Source: an uncultured candidate division Zixibacteria bacterium
Lineage (GTDB): Bacteria; Zixibacteria; MSB-5A5; GN15; PGXB01
Assembly: GCA_963702205.1 (NCBI GenBank)
Contig: OY969724.1
Coordinates: forward strand, 928,001 to 992,000
Length of the DNA: 64,000 nucleotides
Direction of reading: 5' to 3'
The notes under the pieces are model-generated. The model made no database searches. It saw nothing but the letters and a program-made list of their open reading frames with translations, and had not been told where the DNA came from. Both the position numbers and the translations under genes were made by a program. How positions within the stretch are numbered: position 1 is the first letter of the stretch; each line of letters opens with the position of its first letter. Below, piece after piece: positions 18,511 through 28,926 of the stretch.

Positions 18511-19796
18511 TCCCGGTCAATCCTTAGTTTCAGGAAATGGCAGGAACAGGAAATACACGGATCATAATTGCGGACGGTCTGTTCGCAGTGCCAGGTGAGC
18601 TCGTCATCGGGCAGATCGAGGTTTTGTTCGACAAACTGCTTCAGGTCTTTTTCGACCGCCTTCTGGTTTTGTGAGGTCGGCGGCATGATGCGCGCCTTCT
18701 TTATGATACCGTCGCCGTCGATCTCATACCGATGGTACAACAGCCCGCGCGGTGCTTCGCTCGCCCCGTGGCCGGTGCCCGCTTTCGGTGTGACTTCCAC
18801 ACAGGGACTTTCCGGCGGTTCATAATTTTTAATTATGCGTATCGCTTCGTGACACGCGAAAACCGTCTCTACCGCCCGGACAATGATGCTCTTGAACGGA
18901 TTGTTGCAGGACTTTCCCAGCCCGGCTTCTTTGGCAGCGTCGCGGGCAACCCTGGGCAGACGGCCATAGTTGTGGTGATAACGAGCCATCGGGCCGGTCA
19001 GGTAATCGTCGCGGGCGATGACTTTACCCTGCAACGAGGTCGAATGCTCGACGTGCACTTCTTCGACGTGCTTCAGGAAGTCTTTGGTTTCGACGTCGAA
19101 GCCTTTGTTGGATACGATATGCCCTTCACACAGGGGATATTCATCGGGGTGTTGCAGCGAGACGAATTCGTAATCGCGCTCCAGTTCCGGGAAGGGCAGC
19201 CCCGCCACCAGCTTGACCGTCTCCAGCGACATATCCTGAGCCCATTTGAGCGGTTCGAGCAGTACCTTGAGGTCTTTTTTGGACGGAACCTTATAGAACC
19301 CACCGACACGGACGTTAATCGGGTGGATCTCCCTCCCGCCCAGCACGACCATGATATCGTTGCCGATTTTTTTTAACTTTAAGGCATTATTTACCGCTTC
19401 GCCGTGGTCTTTGGCCATGGCGATGGCGTCTTCATATCCCAGAAAGTCCGGCAAGTGGAGCATATATATATGGAGCGCGTGCGATTCGATCCATTCTCCG
19501 CAGTACAACAATCTCCTCAGCTCGCGCAGTTGGCCATCGACTTTGACGCCGCAAATCTGTTCCATGGCGTGCACGGAGCTCATCTGGTACGCCACCGGGC
19601 AGATACCGCAGATACGAGCGGTTATGTCCGGTGCTTCGGTGAACCGGCGACCCTGCAGGAAAGCCTCGAAGAATCGCGGCGGTTCGAATATGTTGAACTG
19701 CACTTCGCTGACGGAACCGTTTTTGACTTTTACGTACAGTCCACCCTCACCCTCGACCCGCGCCAGGTAGTCTACTTTGATGGTTTTACTTTTCAT
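18507..19796 (-). CDS. hydA: Group 3b [NiFe]-hydrogenase (sulfhydrogenase) large/alpha subunit
   Basis: Start reassigned to [18 protein letters not shown] (19796); L1 RICGIC and L2 DPCISCSCH with a short cleavable tail. Confidence 0.93.
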   Translation of the reverse strand: MKSKTIKVDYLARVEGEGGLYVKVKNGSVSEVQFNIFEPPRFFEAFLQGRRFTEAPDITARICGICPVAYQMSSVHAMEQICGVKVDGQLRELRRLLYCGEWIESHALHIYMLHLPDFLGYEDAIAMAKDHGEAVNNALKLKKIGNDIMVVLGGREIHPINVRVGGFYKVPSKKDLKVLLEPLKWAQDMSLETVKLVAGLPFPELERDYEFVSLQHPDEYPLCEGHIVSNKGFDVETKDFLKHVEEVHVEHSTSLQGKVIARDDYLTGPMARYHHNYGRLPRVARDAAKEAGLGKSCNNPFKSIIVRAVETVFACHEAIRIIKNYEPPESPCVEVTPKAGTGHGASEAPRGLLYHRYEIDGDGIIKKARIMPPTSQNQKAVEKDLKQFVEQNLDLPDDELTWHCEQTVRNYDPCISCSCHFLKLRIDRE

Positions 19797-20565
19797 GAGC
19801 TTCGCTCTCCTTACGGAACGGTTCGGCAAAGGCGTTGAATCCCCGGAACGACCGCACGATATCGTCGTCGGCCATGCCGGTCTGTTTGAACCAATCGGCC
19901 AGGGCGGCGGTATTGGGGACCTCTTTGGGACCGAAGCACCCATAGCAGCCACGGTTGTATGATGGGCATAAAGCGTTGCACCCGGCATGCGTCACCGGTC
20001 CGAGACAAGGCGTTCCATGGGCCACCATGACGCATATATTCCCGCGACGCTTGCACTCCATACAGACGCTGTGAGGCGGAGTGTTCGGCTTTCGGTTGTT
20101 GAGCAGCGCATTGACGACTTCGAGAAGCTGGTATTTATTGATCGGACAGCCGCGCAGTTCGAAATCGACGAAAACATGGTCGGCGATCGGGGTCGATTTG
20201 CCGAGCGTTACTATGTATTCCGGCGACGGATAAACCGTCGCGATATAATTCTTGACATCGGCGAAATTGCGCAGGGCCTGTATGCCTCCGGCGGTAGCGC
20301 AGGCACCGATGGTTATAAGTATTTTCGACTGGCGACGAATTTTATGGATGCGTTCGGCGTCGTGCGGGGTGGTGATGGAGCCTTCCACCAGCGAAACATC
20401 GTAGGGGCCCTTCATGATCGCGCGCGAGGCTTCGGGGAAATTGGCGATCTTCACCGCTCCGGCCACGGCCAGGAGTTCTTCTTCGCAATCCAGAAGCGAC
20501 AACTGGCAGCCGTCGCACGAAGCGAATTTCCACACGGCCAGAGTCGGTTTATTGGATTTTGCCAT
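19786..20565 (-). CDS. hydD: Group 3b hydrogenase small/delta subunit
   Basis: Start reassigned to MAKSNKPTL (GGAG upstream); ASCDGC, GACA, GCP and CMEC...CLGP...C...CP...CYGC Fe-S motifs. Confidence 0.92.
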   Translation of the reverse strand: MAKSNKPTLAVWKFASCDGCQLSLLDCEEELLAVAGAVKIANFPEASRAIMKGPYDVSLVEGSITTPHDAERIHKIRRQSKILITIGACATAGGIQALRNFADVKNYIATVYPSPEYIVTLGKSTPIADHVFVDFELRGCPINKYQLLEVVNALLNNRKPNTPPHSVCMECKRRGNICVMVAHGTPCLGPVTHAGCNALCPSYNRGCYGCFGPKEVPNTAALADWFKQTGMADDDIVRSFRGFNAFAEPFRKESEAHEK

Positions 20566-20567
20566 GG

Positions 20568-21425
20568 CTACATCTCCCTCCTGGTGAAGATGTCGCGTAT
20601 ATTGTCGTAGCGATAGACCGGCCCGTCTTTGCAGACAAAATGCCCGCCGAGCTGGCAGTGGCCGCACAGCCCGATACCGCATTTCATGTTGCGCTCCATC
20701 GAGACATACATGCTTTCATCGACAACGCCGCGTTTTTGCATTTCCATGATAGTGAAACGCATCATGATTTCCGGTCCGCAGATCATGGCAGTGCTGTGCG
20801 TCGGGTCGAACGGTGCCCGGCCGATGAGCTGGGTGACCACGCCGACGTTCCCCTGCCACGAACCGGTGGCGCGATCGACCGTAATCAATATATCGAGATC
20901 GAACCGACCCCGAAGCTTTTCCAGCTCTTTGACGTAAAGTATGTCCTGGGGGGTCCGAGCACCATACAGCAGGACGAGTTTGCCGTATTTGGCCCGGTTG
21001 GCCAGGACGTGATATATCACTGGGCGCAGCGGAGCCAGGCCGATACCGCCGGTGATCAGGACGATATCGTTGCCCTCGTGTCTTTCTATCGGCCAGTGAG
21101 TACCATAGGGGCCGCGTACGCCGATGGTATCGCCGGATTTGAGGCGGCGCATGGCGCGCGTGACGGTGCCGACCTCGCGGGTCGTGTGCACCAGTCGGTC
21201 GGATTTCGAGGGATCCCCGCTGATCGATATCGGGACTTCGCCGATACCGTACACATAGAGCATGTTGAACTGTCCGGGCAGGAAATTGAATTTGCCCCGG
21301 GGCGGCAACAACTCCAGCGAGAACGTATCCATGGTGTCTTTGGTCACCCGGTCTATCTTGAACGGGCACGACAAAATGGGTTCGACGAAATCGACCGTAG
21401 CCGTTTGTTTAGCTGTTTGTGCCAT
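20568..21425 (-). CDS. hydG: Group 3b hydrogenase gamma subunit (FAD/NAD(P)-binding, 2Fe-2S)
   Basis: PGQF, RGPYG, GGIGLAP, CGPEIM and CGIGLCGHC...C motifs. Confidence 0.92.
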   Translation of the reverse strand: MAQTAKQTATVDFVEPILSCPFKIDRVTKDTMDTFSLELLPPRGKFNFLPGQFNMLYVYGIGEVPISISGDPSKSDRLVHTTREVGTVTRAMRRLKSGDTIGVRGPYGTHWPIERHEGNDIVLITGGIGLAPLRPVIYHVLANRAKYGKLVLLYGARTPQDILYVKELEKLRGRFDLDILITVDRATGSWQGNVGVVTQLIGRAPFDPTHSTAMICGPEIMMRFTIMEMQKRGVVDESMYVSMERNMKCGIGLCGHCQLGGHFVCKDGPVYRYDNIRDIFTRREM

Positions 21426-21870
21426 ATATGTCCATCAATTGTAAGCGGGTTGCTTCGAGCCTCTCGGCGATGATGAGCGCAAAACGCCTCATTATTTCAT
21501 AGCCGAGATCGTGATCGTTTTCGCACTTGCCTCGCAAGCATTTTCCGTCGAGGGCGATGGCGCGCGTCAGCTCGACCGCGCGGGCGTCGAAATGCCATCT
21601 GTACGGCGGAACCATCCAGCTCCAGCCGAGTATTTCCCCGGCTTCGCGGGAGCGGATGATGATCGTGCCTTTCTGCGGAATATGGGTTTCGATCAGAACT
21701 TTGCCGTGACGGATGAAATAAAACTTTTCGGCGGCTTCGCCTTCGCGAAAGATGAATTCGCCGGCTTTGAAGACAACATTGGAGGCACATCCGGCCAGAA
21801 GCTCCAGTTGAGCTTCGTTCATACCGTTCAGAAACGGATGTTCCGCCAGAACCGATTTGAGATTTTCCAT
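21409..21870 (-). CDS. Stand-alone cyclic-nucleotide-binding (Crp-like) domain protein
   Basis: [25 protein letters not shown]...GEILGWSW; 153 aa with no HTH. Confidence 0.88.
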   Translation of the reverse strand: MENLKSVLAEHPFLNGMNEAQLELLAGCASNVVFKAGEFIFREGEAAEKFYFIRHGKVLIETHIPQKGTIIIRSREAGEILGWSWMVPPYRWHFDARAVELTRAIALDGKCLRGKCENDHDLGYEIMRRFALIIAERLEATRLQLMDIYGTNS

Positions 21871-21897
21871 AACTTTATCTCCGTAATTTTCGTGACT

Positions 21898-23019
21898 CTA
21901 TGACGTCTCCTGCCCGGCGATTTGCCTGGCCGTGGCAGTTATATCTATTCCTACCGGGCACCACGTGATGCACCGGCCGCAGCCGACACACCCGGACATT
22001 CCGAACTGGTCCACCCAGTACGCCAGCTTGTGCATGACCCACTGGCGGTAGCGCGACATGCCGGTATTGCGGATGCTGCCGCCGTGGATGTAAGAAAAAT
22101 CGACCATATGGCAACTGTCCCAGAGGCGGAGGCGTTCGGCTTCGGAACCGTCGAGCGCCGTGTAGTCCTGCATGGTGGAACAAAAGCAGGTTGGACACAC
22201 CAGAGTGCAATTGCCGCAGGCCAGACAGCGCGAGGCAATTTCTTCCCAGTCGGGATTGTCGAAATTCTTTTCGAGAACGGTTTTGAGATTGGCAAGATCG
22301 AGTTTGGATACCATCGATGAAGCGGCATCGGAAAGTTTCATATCGGCGAGCTTGACCGAATCGCCATCGGCCTTTTCAAGCTTCAATCCGTTTATGACTT
22401 CAAGACCTGCGGGACTCCCGGCCTCGATTATGAAAAAGTGATTTTTGCCGTCCATTACTTCTGTTAAAGCCAGATCGTAACCACCGTCGGTCCTGGGACC
22501 GGTGTTCATCGAAGTACAAAAGCAGTTGGCGCCGGGATTAGTGCAGTTGACGGCGACGATAAACAGTTTTTTTCTCCGCGCCATATATCCGGAATCTTTG
22601 ATTTCTCCTTCGGTGAAAATTTTGTCCTGTATCGCCAGAGCCTTCAACTCACACGGTCGCATACCGAAGGCGACGATTTTTTTCGCTTCTTCGTCTGACG
22701 GTTCCACGATGAATCCGGTTTTTTTGCGGGTTGCCGTCAGTAGCTTTTGTCGCGACGGGTACAGGTACCTTTTCCACGATTCCTGCCCGACAACGTACGA
22801 GAAGTACGTACCATCGTTGCGTTTTTCGAGACGATAGCTTCCCGGTGCCTGGCGGTCGTACCATCCGACCGGAATATCATCGGGGGTGTCGATAGTCTCG
22901 AGTACAATGGCTCGGTCACGAACAGTCGGACCGGTAATTTTAGAACCTTTTTTCTTCAATAATTGAAAAAGGGCGGCCAGATTTTCGGGCCTTAAAAGAT
23001 GCGGGTCAGAATGCTCCAC
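21898..23019 (-). CDS. hydB: Group 3b hydrogenase beta subunit (4Fe-4S dicluster)
   Basis: GMRPCE, CLACGNCTLVCPTCFC and CVGCGRCITWCP motifs; GTG start at 23019 after AGGAGAGGAG. Confidence 0.9.
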   Translation of the reverse strand: MEHSDPHLLRPENLAALFQLLKKKGSKITGPTVRDRAIVLETIDTPDDIPVGWYDRQAPGSYRLEKRNDGTYFSYVVGQESWKRYLYPSRQKLLTATRKKTGFIVEPSDEEAKKIVAFGMRPCELKALAIQDKIFTEGEIKDSGYMARRKKLFIVAVNCTNPGANCFCTSMNTGPRTDGGYDLALTEVMDGKNHFFIIEAGSPAGLEVINGLKLEKADGDSVKLADMKLSDAASSMVSKLDLANLKTVLEKNFDNPDWEEIASRCLACGNCTLVCPTCFCSTMQDYTALDGSEAERLRLWDSCHMVDFSYIHGGSIRNTGMSRYRQWVMHKLAYWVDQFGMSGCVGCGRCITWCPVGIDITATARQIAGQETS

Positions 23020-23030
23020 AGCTCCTCTCC

Positions 23031-23048
23031 TTGTGACAAGATTCACAA
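23031..23048. promoter_or_regulatory. Rex- or CRP-type palindromic operator
   Basis: TTGTGACAAGATTCACAA: 13/14 match to Rex TTGTGAA-N4-TTCACAA and exact match to CRP TGTGA-N6-TCACA; lies between promoter and RBS. Confidence 0.7.
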
Positions 23049-23060
23049 GCTATCGGTCCA

Positions 23061-23089
23061 AATTTAATCAGCTGTTTTAATATTGTCAA
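23061..23089 (-). promoter_or_regulatory. Sigma70 promoter of the hydrogenase operon
   Basis: Minus strand TTGACA-N17-TAAATT. Confidence 0.65.
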
Positions 23090-23168
23090 GAGAAATCGAA
23101 CAAATGCGTCGGCTTTTCGGATATATAAGGTATTATATTATATATATTTATGCCGTTCATGCAGTTGC

Positions 23169-23192
23169 AAAGAGGCCTGTGGTGCAGGCCTC
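23169..23192 (-). terminator. Probable intrinsic terminator after the HDOD gene
   Basis: 8-bp GC-rich stem GAGGCCTG-N5-CAGGCCTC followed by only a short T run on the minus strand. Confidence 0.45.
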
Positions 23193-23241
23193 CTGTCGTT
23201 TTTTTACTAAATCGATGGCAGGATGATGATATATACATTCA

Positions 23242-24090
23242 TCACTGCATGTTTCTTAGCAGTTCTTCGGAATGGCCGATCTCCACCATGGCGCCCCGGA
23301 GGCATTTTTCCAATTGCTCCCAGGTAAGGTCCAGCTTTTGCCAGGCTTCCGTATGAAACTCGGTTACATAATTACTGTAATTGCTTCCGATCTGCATGGC
23401 ATGGCACAACATATTGGCGATGTTGACGGTAGCGACCAGCATCGGATATTTTTCCGCCGTTTCCGGTACATGGTGTTTCGTTATAACTTCAATGACGTTT
23501 TCGGGGAAATTCCATTTTTGAGCCAACAGCCGACCGACTTCCTGATGATCGATGCCGAAATGTTCTTTTTCGTCCTCGATGCTGCACACTGCCTGACGTT
23601 CGAAATAAAACCAGCCGAACATTTTCGGGTCGGCCTTGACATATAGCAGGCGGCCGATATCGTGCAGGATACCGCAGATAAACGCCTCGTTTTGATAGTC
23701 CTGCGATTTGCGAAACAGCAGATTCTTGGCGATGGCGCCGACACCAAACGAGTGTTTCCAGAAATCGTCAATATTGACCGCACCGGTGCCGGTCTTAAAA
23801 ACGTCGAGGATGGACGTTGTCAATAATAGCTGGTGCACCGAGTTGAATCCGAGGATTGTTATGGCATCACTGACCGATGAGACCCGTCGCGCGACGCCGT
23901 AGAACGGTGAATTGACCAGCCGCAGGACTTTGGCCGTGAAGGCCGGGTCGGTTTCGATAATCTGCGAAACCTCCTTGATACCCGGATCCTGCTCGCTGAT
24001 GATCCTGTGGAGCCTTTGAATTACTATCGGGGGAGAGGGTAATTCAGACAAATTTTCCGTTACTGATTTTTGACTGAGCATTTGTATCAT
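23242..24090 (-). CDS. HDOD-domain protein
   Basis: ELPSPP, DPAFTAKVLRLVNSPFYG, FWKHS, GILHDIG, DHQEVG...W motifs. Confidence 0.93.
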   Translation of the reverse strand: MIQMLSQKSVTENLSELPSPPIVIQRLHRIISEQDPGIKEVSQIIETDPAFTAKVLRLVNSPFYGVARRVSSVSDAITILGFNSVHQLLLTTSILDVFKTGTGAVNIDDFWKHSFGVGAIAKNLLFRKSQDYQNEAFICGILHDIGRLLYVKADPKMFGWFYFERQAVCSIEDEKEHFGIDHQEVGRLLAQKWNFPENVIEVITKHHVPETAEKYPMLVATVNIANMLCHAMQIGSNYSNYVTEFHTEAWQKLDLTWEQLEKCLRGAMVEIGHSEELLRNMQ

Positions 24091-24260
24091 CCCCCTGGAA
24101 GTTGTTCCTTGATATCGTATTTTTCGTGATGGAGCCTTTTTATAATGTCGGCTATCTGCTCCATTTCTTCGTAGTGCATCACCATCGACAGGCAGCGATC
24201 AACTCTTTCATCGAAGTTGTCGGGCTTACCGCCGGACGGTCGATTGTTGGCTGGTTTCAT
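24087..24260 (-). CDS. Small 57-aa protein absent from the ORF track
   Basis: Strong SD GGGGGAGG; MKPANNRPSGGKPDNFDERVDRCLSMVMHYEEMEQIADIIKRLHHEKYDIKEQLPGG; ATGA overlap with the HDOD start. Confidence 0.75.
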   Translation of the reverse strand: MKPANNRPSGGKPDNFDERVDRCLSMVMHYEEMEQIADIIKRLHHEKYDIKEQLPGG

Positions 24261-24271
24261 TTCCTCCCCCT

Positions 24272-24775
24272 TTATTCGATAATCCAGGCACCGTCGCGGT
24301 CAACGTTACGACTGGAGATACCGGGATATTCTTTTTCAAGTTGTTTAAGCTGATCCTGTTGACTTTTTATGGTCGAGCGCAGCTTGTCATTTTCTTTTTC
24401 GAGGGCTTTTTGAGCCAGAGCGTGCCGCACGGCCACGGTCAGCTCGAAATCATCCCAGGGCTTGTTGAAAAAGCGATAAATCTGTCCGCTGTTGATAGCT
24501 TGTTTGGCCACCTCGATATCGGTGCATCCGGTCAGCATGATGCGAATGACTTCGGGGTACAGCGTCCTGACCGTATGAAGCAGCTCATTGCCGGATATAC
24601 CGGGCATGTTCTGATCGGAAATGATAATGTCGACGTCGTTGTTTTCGAGAACGTCGACGGCTTCTTTTGCGGATTCAGCCGTGAAAATCTCATAGCCTTC
24701 GGACCGGAAAACCCGCACCAAAGCCTTGAGGATGCTTGGTGAATCATCGACCAGCAGTATTTTAAATCGGGACAT
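24272..24775 (-). CDS. Response regulator (REC + coiled coil)
   Basis: ILLVDD, IISDQNMP and KPW motifs; start MSRFK at 24775. Confidence 0.9.
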   Translation of the reverse strand: MSRFKILLVDDSPSILKALVRVFRSEGYEIFTAESAKEAVDVLENNDVDIIISDQNMPGISGNELLHTVRTLYPEVIRIMLTGCTDIEVAKQAINSGQIYRFFNKPWDDFELTVAVRHALAQKALEKENDKLRSTIKSQQDQLKQLEKEYPGISSRNVDRDGAWIIE

Positions 24776-26081
24776 GTTGCACTCTCTTTTCATCGGATTC
24801 TTTGAAAACCTTTATCTTACCCTCTATAGGATCGACTTTGCTTATCTTGATCAAGCGGTTAATCATGTGTGGTGAGAGACGGGCTCCTTTCGGCAACAGG
24901 AACATGCCGCTTTCGGTATATATATCCGACGCCAGAATCATGCCTTTCTGCAGGGCCGTTGGCAAAACCGCGATAAGGTCGGCACTGGTTTTCTGCAGCA
25001 TGAATATTTTTATTATATCCCGTTCGACAAAGCGTTTGACCAGTTCCGGGTCGAATTTCGAGCCGGAATGCTGAACGAGATGCGCCAGGGCCGAATTAAG
25101 AATCTTGTTATCCGGATGTGCTCCCCGAAACGCCAGGTGATCGAAAGCATCGGCAATTCTTATCAGTCGGGCTCCCAGAGGAATGGCCTCGCCTTCCAGA
25201 TTATCGGGATAGCCGTTGCCGTTGTATTCTTCGTGATGGTGGCGGATGATCGCGGCGGAGTCTTCGAGACCCCGAATGGAAAAAACGCAGGTTTGTCCAA
25301 GAATGGGGTGCCGGGCGATCTGCTCGAAATCCGCCTTCGTATAGTCACGCTCGTTGCGTTCCAGAATGTGATCGGGCAGACTGACCTTGCCGATGTCGTG
25401 CAGGAAGGCGGCGAAAATAATGTCCTGATATTTCTTTCCGGAAAGCCCGGTATCACGAATCATCTCTTTGACGATCAGCGCGACCCGCTCGGAATGGTTG
25501 CCGACGTCTTTACGGCGGAGCTCTATGATCGTCGAAAGGGCTTTGATCGTATCTTTGAAGCTGTTTCTAAGTTCGTTGTTCTGAATGCGGATTTCTTCGG
25601 TCTGCTCGGCGACTTTCTGTTCCAGAGAGCCGTTTAGCTGTTTGAGTTCTTTGTTTTGACGGTTGGTCAGGTCCGTCAGCCGACGGTTCTCCAGGACCAT
25701 CTCATACATATCCAGCGATTCTCTGATTCGGCTCAGCAGAATTTCGTCGTCCCACGGTTTATTTATGTAATATTTGACGGCCCCGTTGTTGATGGCATCG
25801 ATGGTCGCGTCGATATCGGCGTAACCGGTCAGCAATATCCTCGTGCTGTCGGGCGAGAGCTGCCTTGTCTTTTGAAGAAATTGCACCCCGGTCATCCCGG
25901 GCATTCTCTGGTCGGATATGATGATCGAGACTTTATTGCCCTGCAGCAGCTTCAATCCCTCCTGGCCGCTTTGCGCCTGCAGGATGTTTATATCGAGCGT
26001 CCGCAACTGGCGCCGGAGAGATTTGAGGATGCCTTCTTCGTCGTCGACGGTCATTATGGTATGTTTGTATTTCGGTGACAT
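24762..26081 (-). CDS. Response regulator with HD-GYP (c-di-GMP phosphodiesterase-type) domain
   Basis: REC (ISDQRMP, KPW), LHDIGK and HHEEYNGNGYP motifs. Confidence 0.92.
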   Translation of the reverse strand: MSPKYKHTIMTVDDEEGILKSLRRQLRTLDINILQAQSGQEGLKLLQGNKVSIIISDQRMPGMTGVQFLQKTRQLSPDSTRILLTGYADIDATIDAINNGAVKYYINKPWDDEILLSRIRESLDMYEMVLENRRLTDLTNRQNKELKQLNGSLEQKVAEQTEEIRIQNNELRNSFKDTIKALSTIIELRRKDVGNHSERVALIVKEMIRDTGLSGKKYQDIIFAAFLHDIGKVSLPDHILERNERDYTKADFEQIARHPILGQTCVFSIRGLEDSAAIIRHHHEEYNGNGYPDNLEGEAIPLGARLIRIADAFDHLAFRGAHPDNKILNSALAHLVQHSGSKFDPELVKRFVERDIIKIFMLQKTSADLIAVLPTALQKGMILASDIYTESGMFLLPKGARLSPHMINRLIKISKVDPIEGKIKVFKESDEKRVQHVPI

Positions 26082-26083
26082 TA

Positions 26084-26509
26084 TTATCCGTTTCCCTGTA
26101 TTTTGAACTGGCCGACCGAGTTGCGATACTGATGTTTGGCCAGAAAATTCGATATTGTGTCGTGCAGGATTTCATCTTCCCACGGTTTAACGAAATACTT
26201 CGAAATCCCGGCCCATTTGATAGCCATCATGGCCACGTCGATTTCAGAACACCCGGTGATGAGGATTCGGGTGCTGTCGGGGCAAATTTCCGAAGCCGCT
26301 TTCAGGAATTCGATGCCGGACATGCGCGGCATTTTCTGATCGGATATAATAATCGAGACCGGCCGCTGCTTGAGTATCTTAAGCGCCTGGCGTCCGTCGG
26401 GAGCCGTCAGGACTATGGCCGGAAGGTCCGACAACAGGCGTTTCAGCGCCGCCAGGACGTGATGATCGTCATCGACGATCAGGATGGTCGGATAACCTTT
26501 ATTGGTCAT
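26084..26509 (-). CDS. Single-domain response regulator
   Basis: ILIVDD, ISDQKMP and KPW motifs; start MTNKG after GGAG. Confidence 0.88.
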   Translation of the reverse strand: MTNKGYPTILIVDDDHHVLAALKRLLSDLPAIVLTAPDGRQALKILKQRPVSIIISDQKMPRMSGIEFLKAASEICPDSTRILITGCSEIDVAMMAIKWAGISKYFVKPWEDEILHDTISNFLAKHQYRNSVGQFKIQGNG

Positions 26510-27362
26510 TAGCCGTCTCCGCATTGGCTGTTTGAGTCATATTTGAATTGGCGCCGTCTATATTGTGAGAATCAATGAATAGCCCGATCACTCCGACGTT
26601 TCCCGGCAGAGGAGCGCATATAACAAGGCTGTGCGCGGGTTCAGATATCCTTATATGACGGATCTCCTGAGCCTGCATCGCCTGTTGCATGGTTTCATAT
26701 ACTTCGTCGTCGATATTTCCCTGCGCGCTGGTTCCCAGAAGCAGGCTGCCGACCGAGATGCATCGCCGCAGGGCTTCGTTCATGTAAACCACCATGCCGG
26801 ATGAATCCACGCCGATCACCCCGGCCGGGAGATAATTGAGAATATTTTGGGCCACGGCCAGCGCCCGGTTCTTTATTTCGAGGTCGCGGGTGCGTTCCGT
26901 GACTTTGTCTTCGAGTGTTTTGGTAAGCTCCTGCAATTCTTTGTATTTTTCCGACAGTTCAGCGTAGAGCTTGGCATTTTCTTTTTGAAGGCGGTAGCGC
27001 TCGAACGAATCTTTGATCGTCGTAATCAGAAACTGGTCGTCCCACGGTTTGGGGATAAATTTATAAACCTGGCCCTGGTTGATGGCTTCCATCATGGCTC
27101 CGGCATCGGCATAGCCGCTTAATATGATGCGAACCGTGTCCGGGGAAATTTCCTTGACCTTGTTAAGAAATTCGACGCCATCCATCTCCGGCATGCGGTA
27201 ATCCGAGATGACCAGTTGTATTTCCCGGTTTTCGAATTTCTCGAGTGCTTCGGAACCGGTTTCGGCCGTTATGACTTTGCAGTCCAGGTCTATCAAAAGT
27301 CTTTTCAACGACTTGAGGACGTTGGTTTCGTCGTCAACCAGGAGGAGAGTATAATCACTCAT
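26499..27362 (-). CDS. Response regulator (REC-coiled coil-PAS-like)
   Basis: LLLVDD, ISDYRMP, KPW; then ILNYLPAGVIGVD (PAS-like). Confidence 0.88.
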   Translation of the reverse strand: MSDYTLLLVDDETNVLKSLKRLLIDLDCKVITAETGSEALEKFENREIQLVISDYRMPEMDGVEFLNKVKEISPDTVRIILSGYADAGAMMEAINQGQVYKFIPKPWDDQFLITTIKDSFERYRLQKENAKLYAELSEKYKELQELTKTLEDKVTERTRDLEIKNRALAVAQNILNYLPAGVIGVDSSGMVVYMNEALRRCISVGSLLLGTSAQGNIDDEVYETMQQAMQAQEIRHIRISEPAHSLVICAPLPGNVGVIGLFIDSHNIDGANSNMTQTANAETANDQ

Positions 27363-28719
27363 CGGTAATACCCCCCAGAGGCAGTGTAATTATGAACTCC
27401 GTCCCGACTCCGACCTTGCTTTTGACGTCGATATGCCCGTTGTGCTTTTTTATTATATCATAAGTCAGCGACAGGCCCAGGCCGGTGCCTTTGCCGACTT
27501 CTTTGGTCGTAAAGAACGGCTCGAATATTTTTTTGACTTTGTTTTCCGGAATGCCGCAACCGTTGTCTTTGATGGAAATAAAAACATGCCTGGGGTCGGC
27601 CCAGGTCTTGATCTTAATTAACCCTTTTTCGCCCTGTATGGCGTGGGCGGCGTTGACCAGGATGTTCATAAAGACCTGGTTGAGCTGGTTGGGAATACAG
27701 AATATTTCGGGTATATCACCCAGGTCCTTTGCCACCTCGGCTTTGTATTTTAATTCGTTCCAGACTACGTTGAGAGTGCTTTTGATACCTTCGTTGATAT
27801 CCGAAAATTCCTTTTCGGCCCGGTCCACGCGGGAGAAACTCTTGAGATCGGTGACAATACTCTTGACCCGGTTTGTGCCCTCGATTGATTCTTCGGCGGC
27901 GTCGGCGAAGTCATCCATCATCTCTTTTAAGCTTTCGAATTCGTCGGCGTCATCGACCGGCAGACCCTCTATGTATTTGCGCATTTTGGCCAGGTACTTT
28001 TGCATCGTGTTAAGGTTCGATTTGATATATCCGATCGGATTGTTGATCTCGTGGGCCACGCCGGCCGCGAGCGTTCCAATCGCCGCCAGTTTGTCGGACT
28101 GAAGCAGCTGTTCTTTGCTTCGGTGTTGCTCGGTGATGTCCTGGGCGAAGCTTACGAGCCCGGCTATCCTGCCGTTGGCGTCCTTGATCGGGACTTTGCT
28201 GATCGACATCCATTTCTGTTCATCGCTGGCGTCCGTGATCATTTCTTCATGGTTGAGCAGGGACTTGCCGTCATTAAGGCAGGCCGGATCGGCTTTGGTG
28301 GTGACCTTCGCGGGAGATTCCTCGTTGTTGATTTCACTGTCGGTTCGGCCGATGATATCGCCCCGGCTGAGGCCGATCTGGTGGCAGAAAGCGTCGTTCA
28401 CCATCACGTATCTCGCCTCGGCATCCTTGAGGTACATAGCGGCCGGGACGGCGTTGATCATGGCATTGCTTTCGAGAACGGTCCGGGTAAGGGCGTTTTG
28501 GGCTTCTTGTCTTTCGGCCAGGGCCGCCTCTAATTTCTTTTTTGACTCTATCAGCATCGCGATGAGCTTCTCGCGGGCGGCTTTGAATTCAACATCATCT
28601 ATTTTGACGACGTTTGTTTCGACAGATAAAGAGGAATGATCTTCGTCGCCGACGACTGCTTCCCGGTTGGAGTCCATAGCGGCATTAAAGGCGGGAATAT
28701 CCAGATGATCTCTATTCAT
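27355..28719 (-). CDS. PAS sensor histidine kinase (NtrB-like, cytoplasmic)
   Basis: PAS domain, [25 protein letters not shown] and GKGTGLGL motifs. Confidence 0.93.
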   Translation of the reverse strand: MNRDHLDIPAFNAAMDSNREAVVGDEDHSSLSVETNVVKIDDVEFKAAREKLIAMLIESKKKLEAALAERQEAQNALTRTVLESNAMINAVPAAMYLKDAEARYVMVNDAFCHQIGLSRGDIIGRTDSEINNEESPAKVTTKADPACLNDGKSLLNHEEMITDASDEQKWMSISKVPIKDANGRIAGLVSFAQDITEQHRSKEQLLQSDKLAAIGTLAAGVAHEINNPIGYIKSNLNTMQKYLAKMRKYIEGLPVDDADEFESLKEMMDDFADAAEESIEGTNRVKSIVTDLKSFSRVDRAEKEFSDINEGIKSTLNVVWNELKYKAEVAKDLGDIPEIFCIPNQLNQVFMNILVNAAHAIQGEKGLIKIKTWADPRHVFISIKDNGCGIPENKVKKIFEPFFTTKEVGKGTGLGLSLTYDIIKKHNGHIDVKSKVGVGTEFIITLPLGGITDE

Positions 28720-28834
28720 AGTAAAGCCCCTTAAGTTTAATCCTGACGTCAGCCCCTTGTCATTTTACCGGACGAATGTCGGATTCCCATTATCCTTCCA
28801 CGTTATTATTTTTTCGGCATTTCCATCTTCGGCC

Positions 28835-28854
28835 AAAGGGTGAATAAAGGGTGA
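28835..28854. promoter_or_regulatory. Direct repeat with 11-bp period upstream of the kinase operon
   Basis: AAAGGGTGA-AT-AAAGGGTGA in the intergenic region. Confidence 0.45.
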
Positions 28855-28926
28855 CAGCATCTGCCAGCCGTCTTCATACAGAAATATATTCTATAAAGTG
28901 CCGGTATTCATTCCCCATCGGATCGC

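Noticed and set aside
18507..18560. Selenocysteine ([NiFeSe]) hydrogenase
   Set aside because: All L1/L2 ligands are Cys codons and there is no in-frame TGA.
19797..19988. Long N-terminal extensions in ORF-track calls for hydA, hydD, sco (38657, 44101) and ctaB (52883)
   Set aside because: They overlap upstream genes or promoter DNA, and family motifs begin at the downstream starts.
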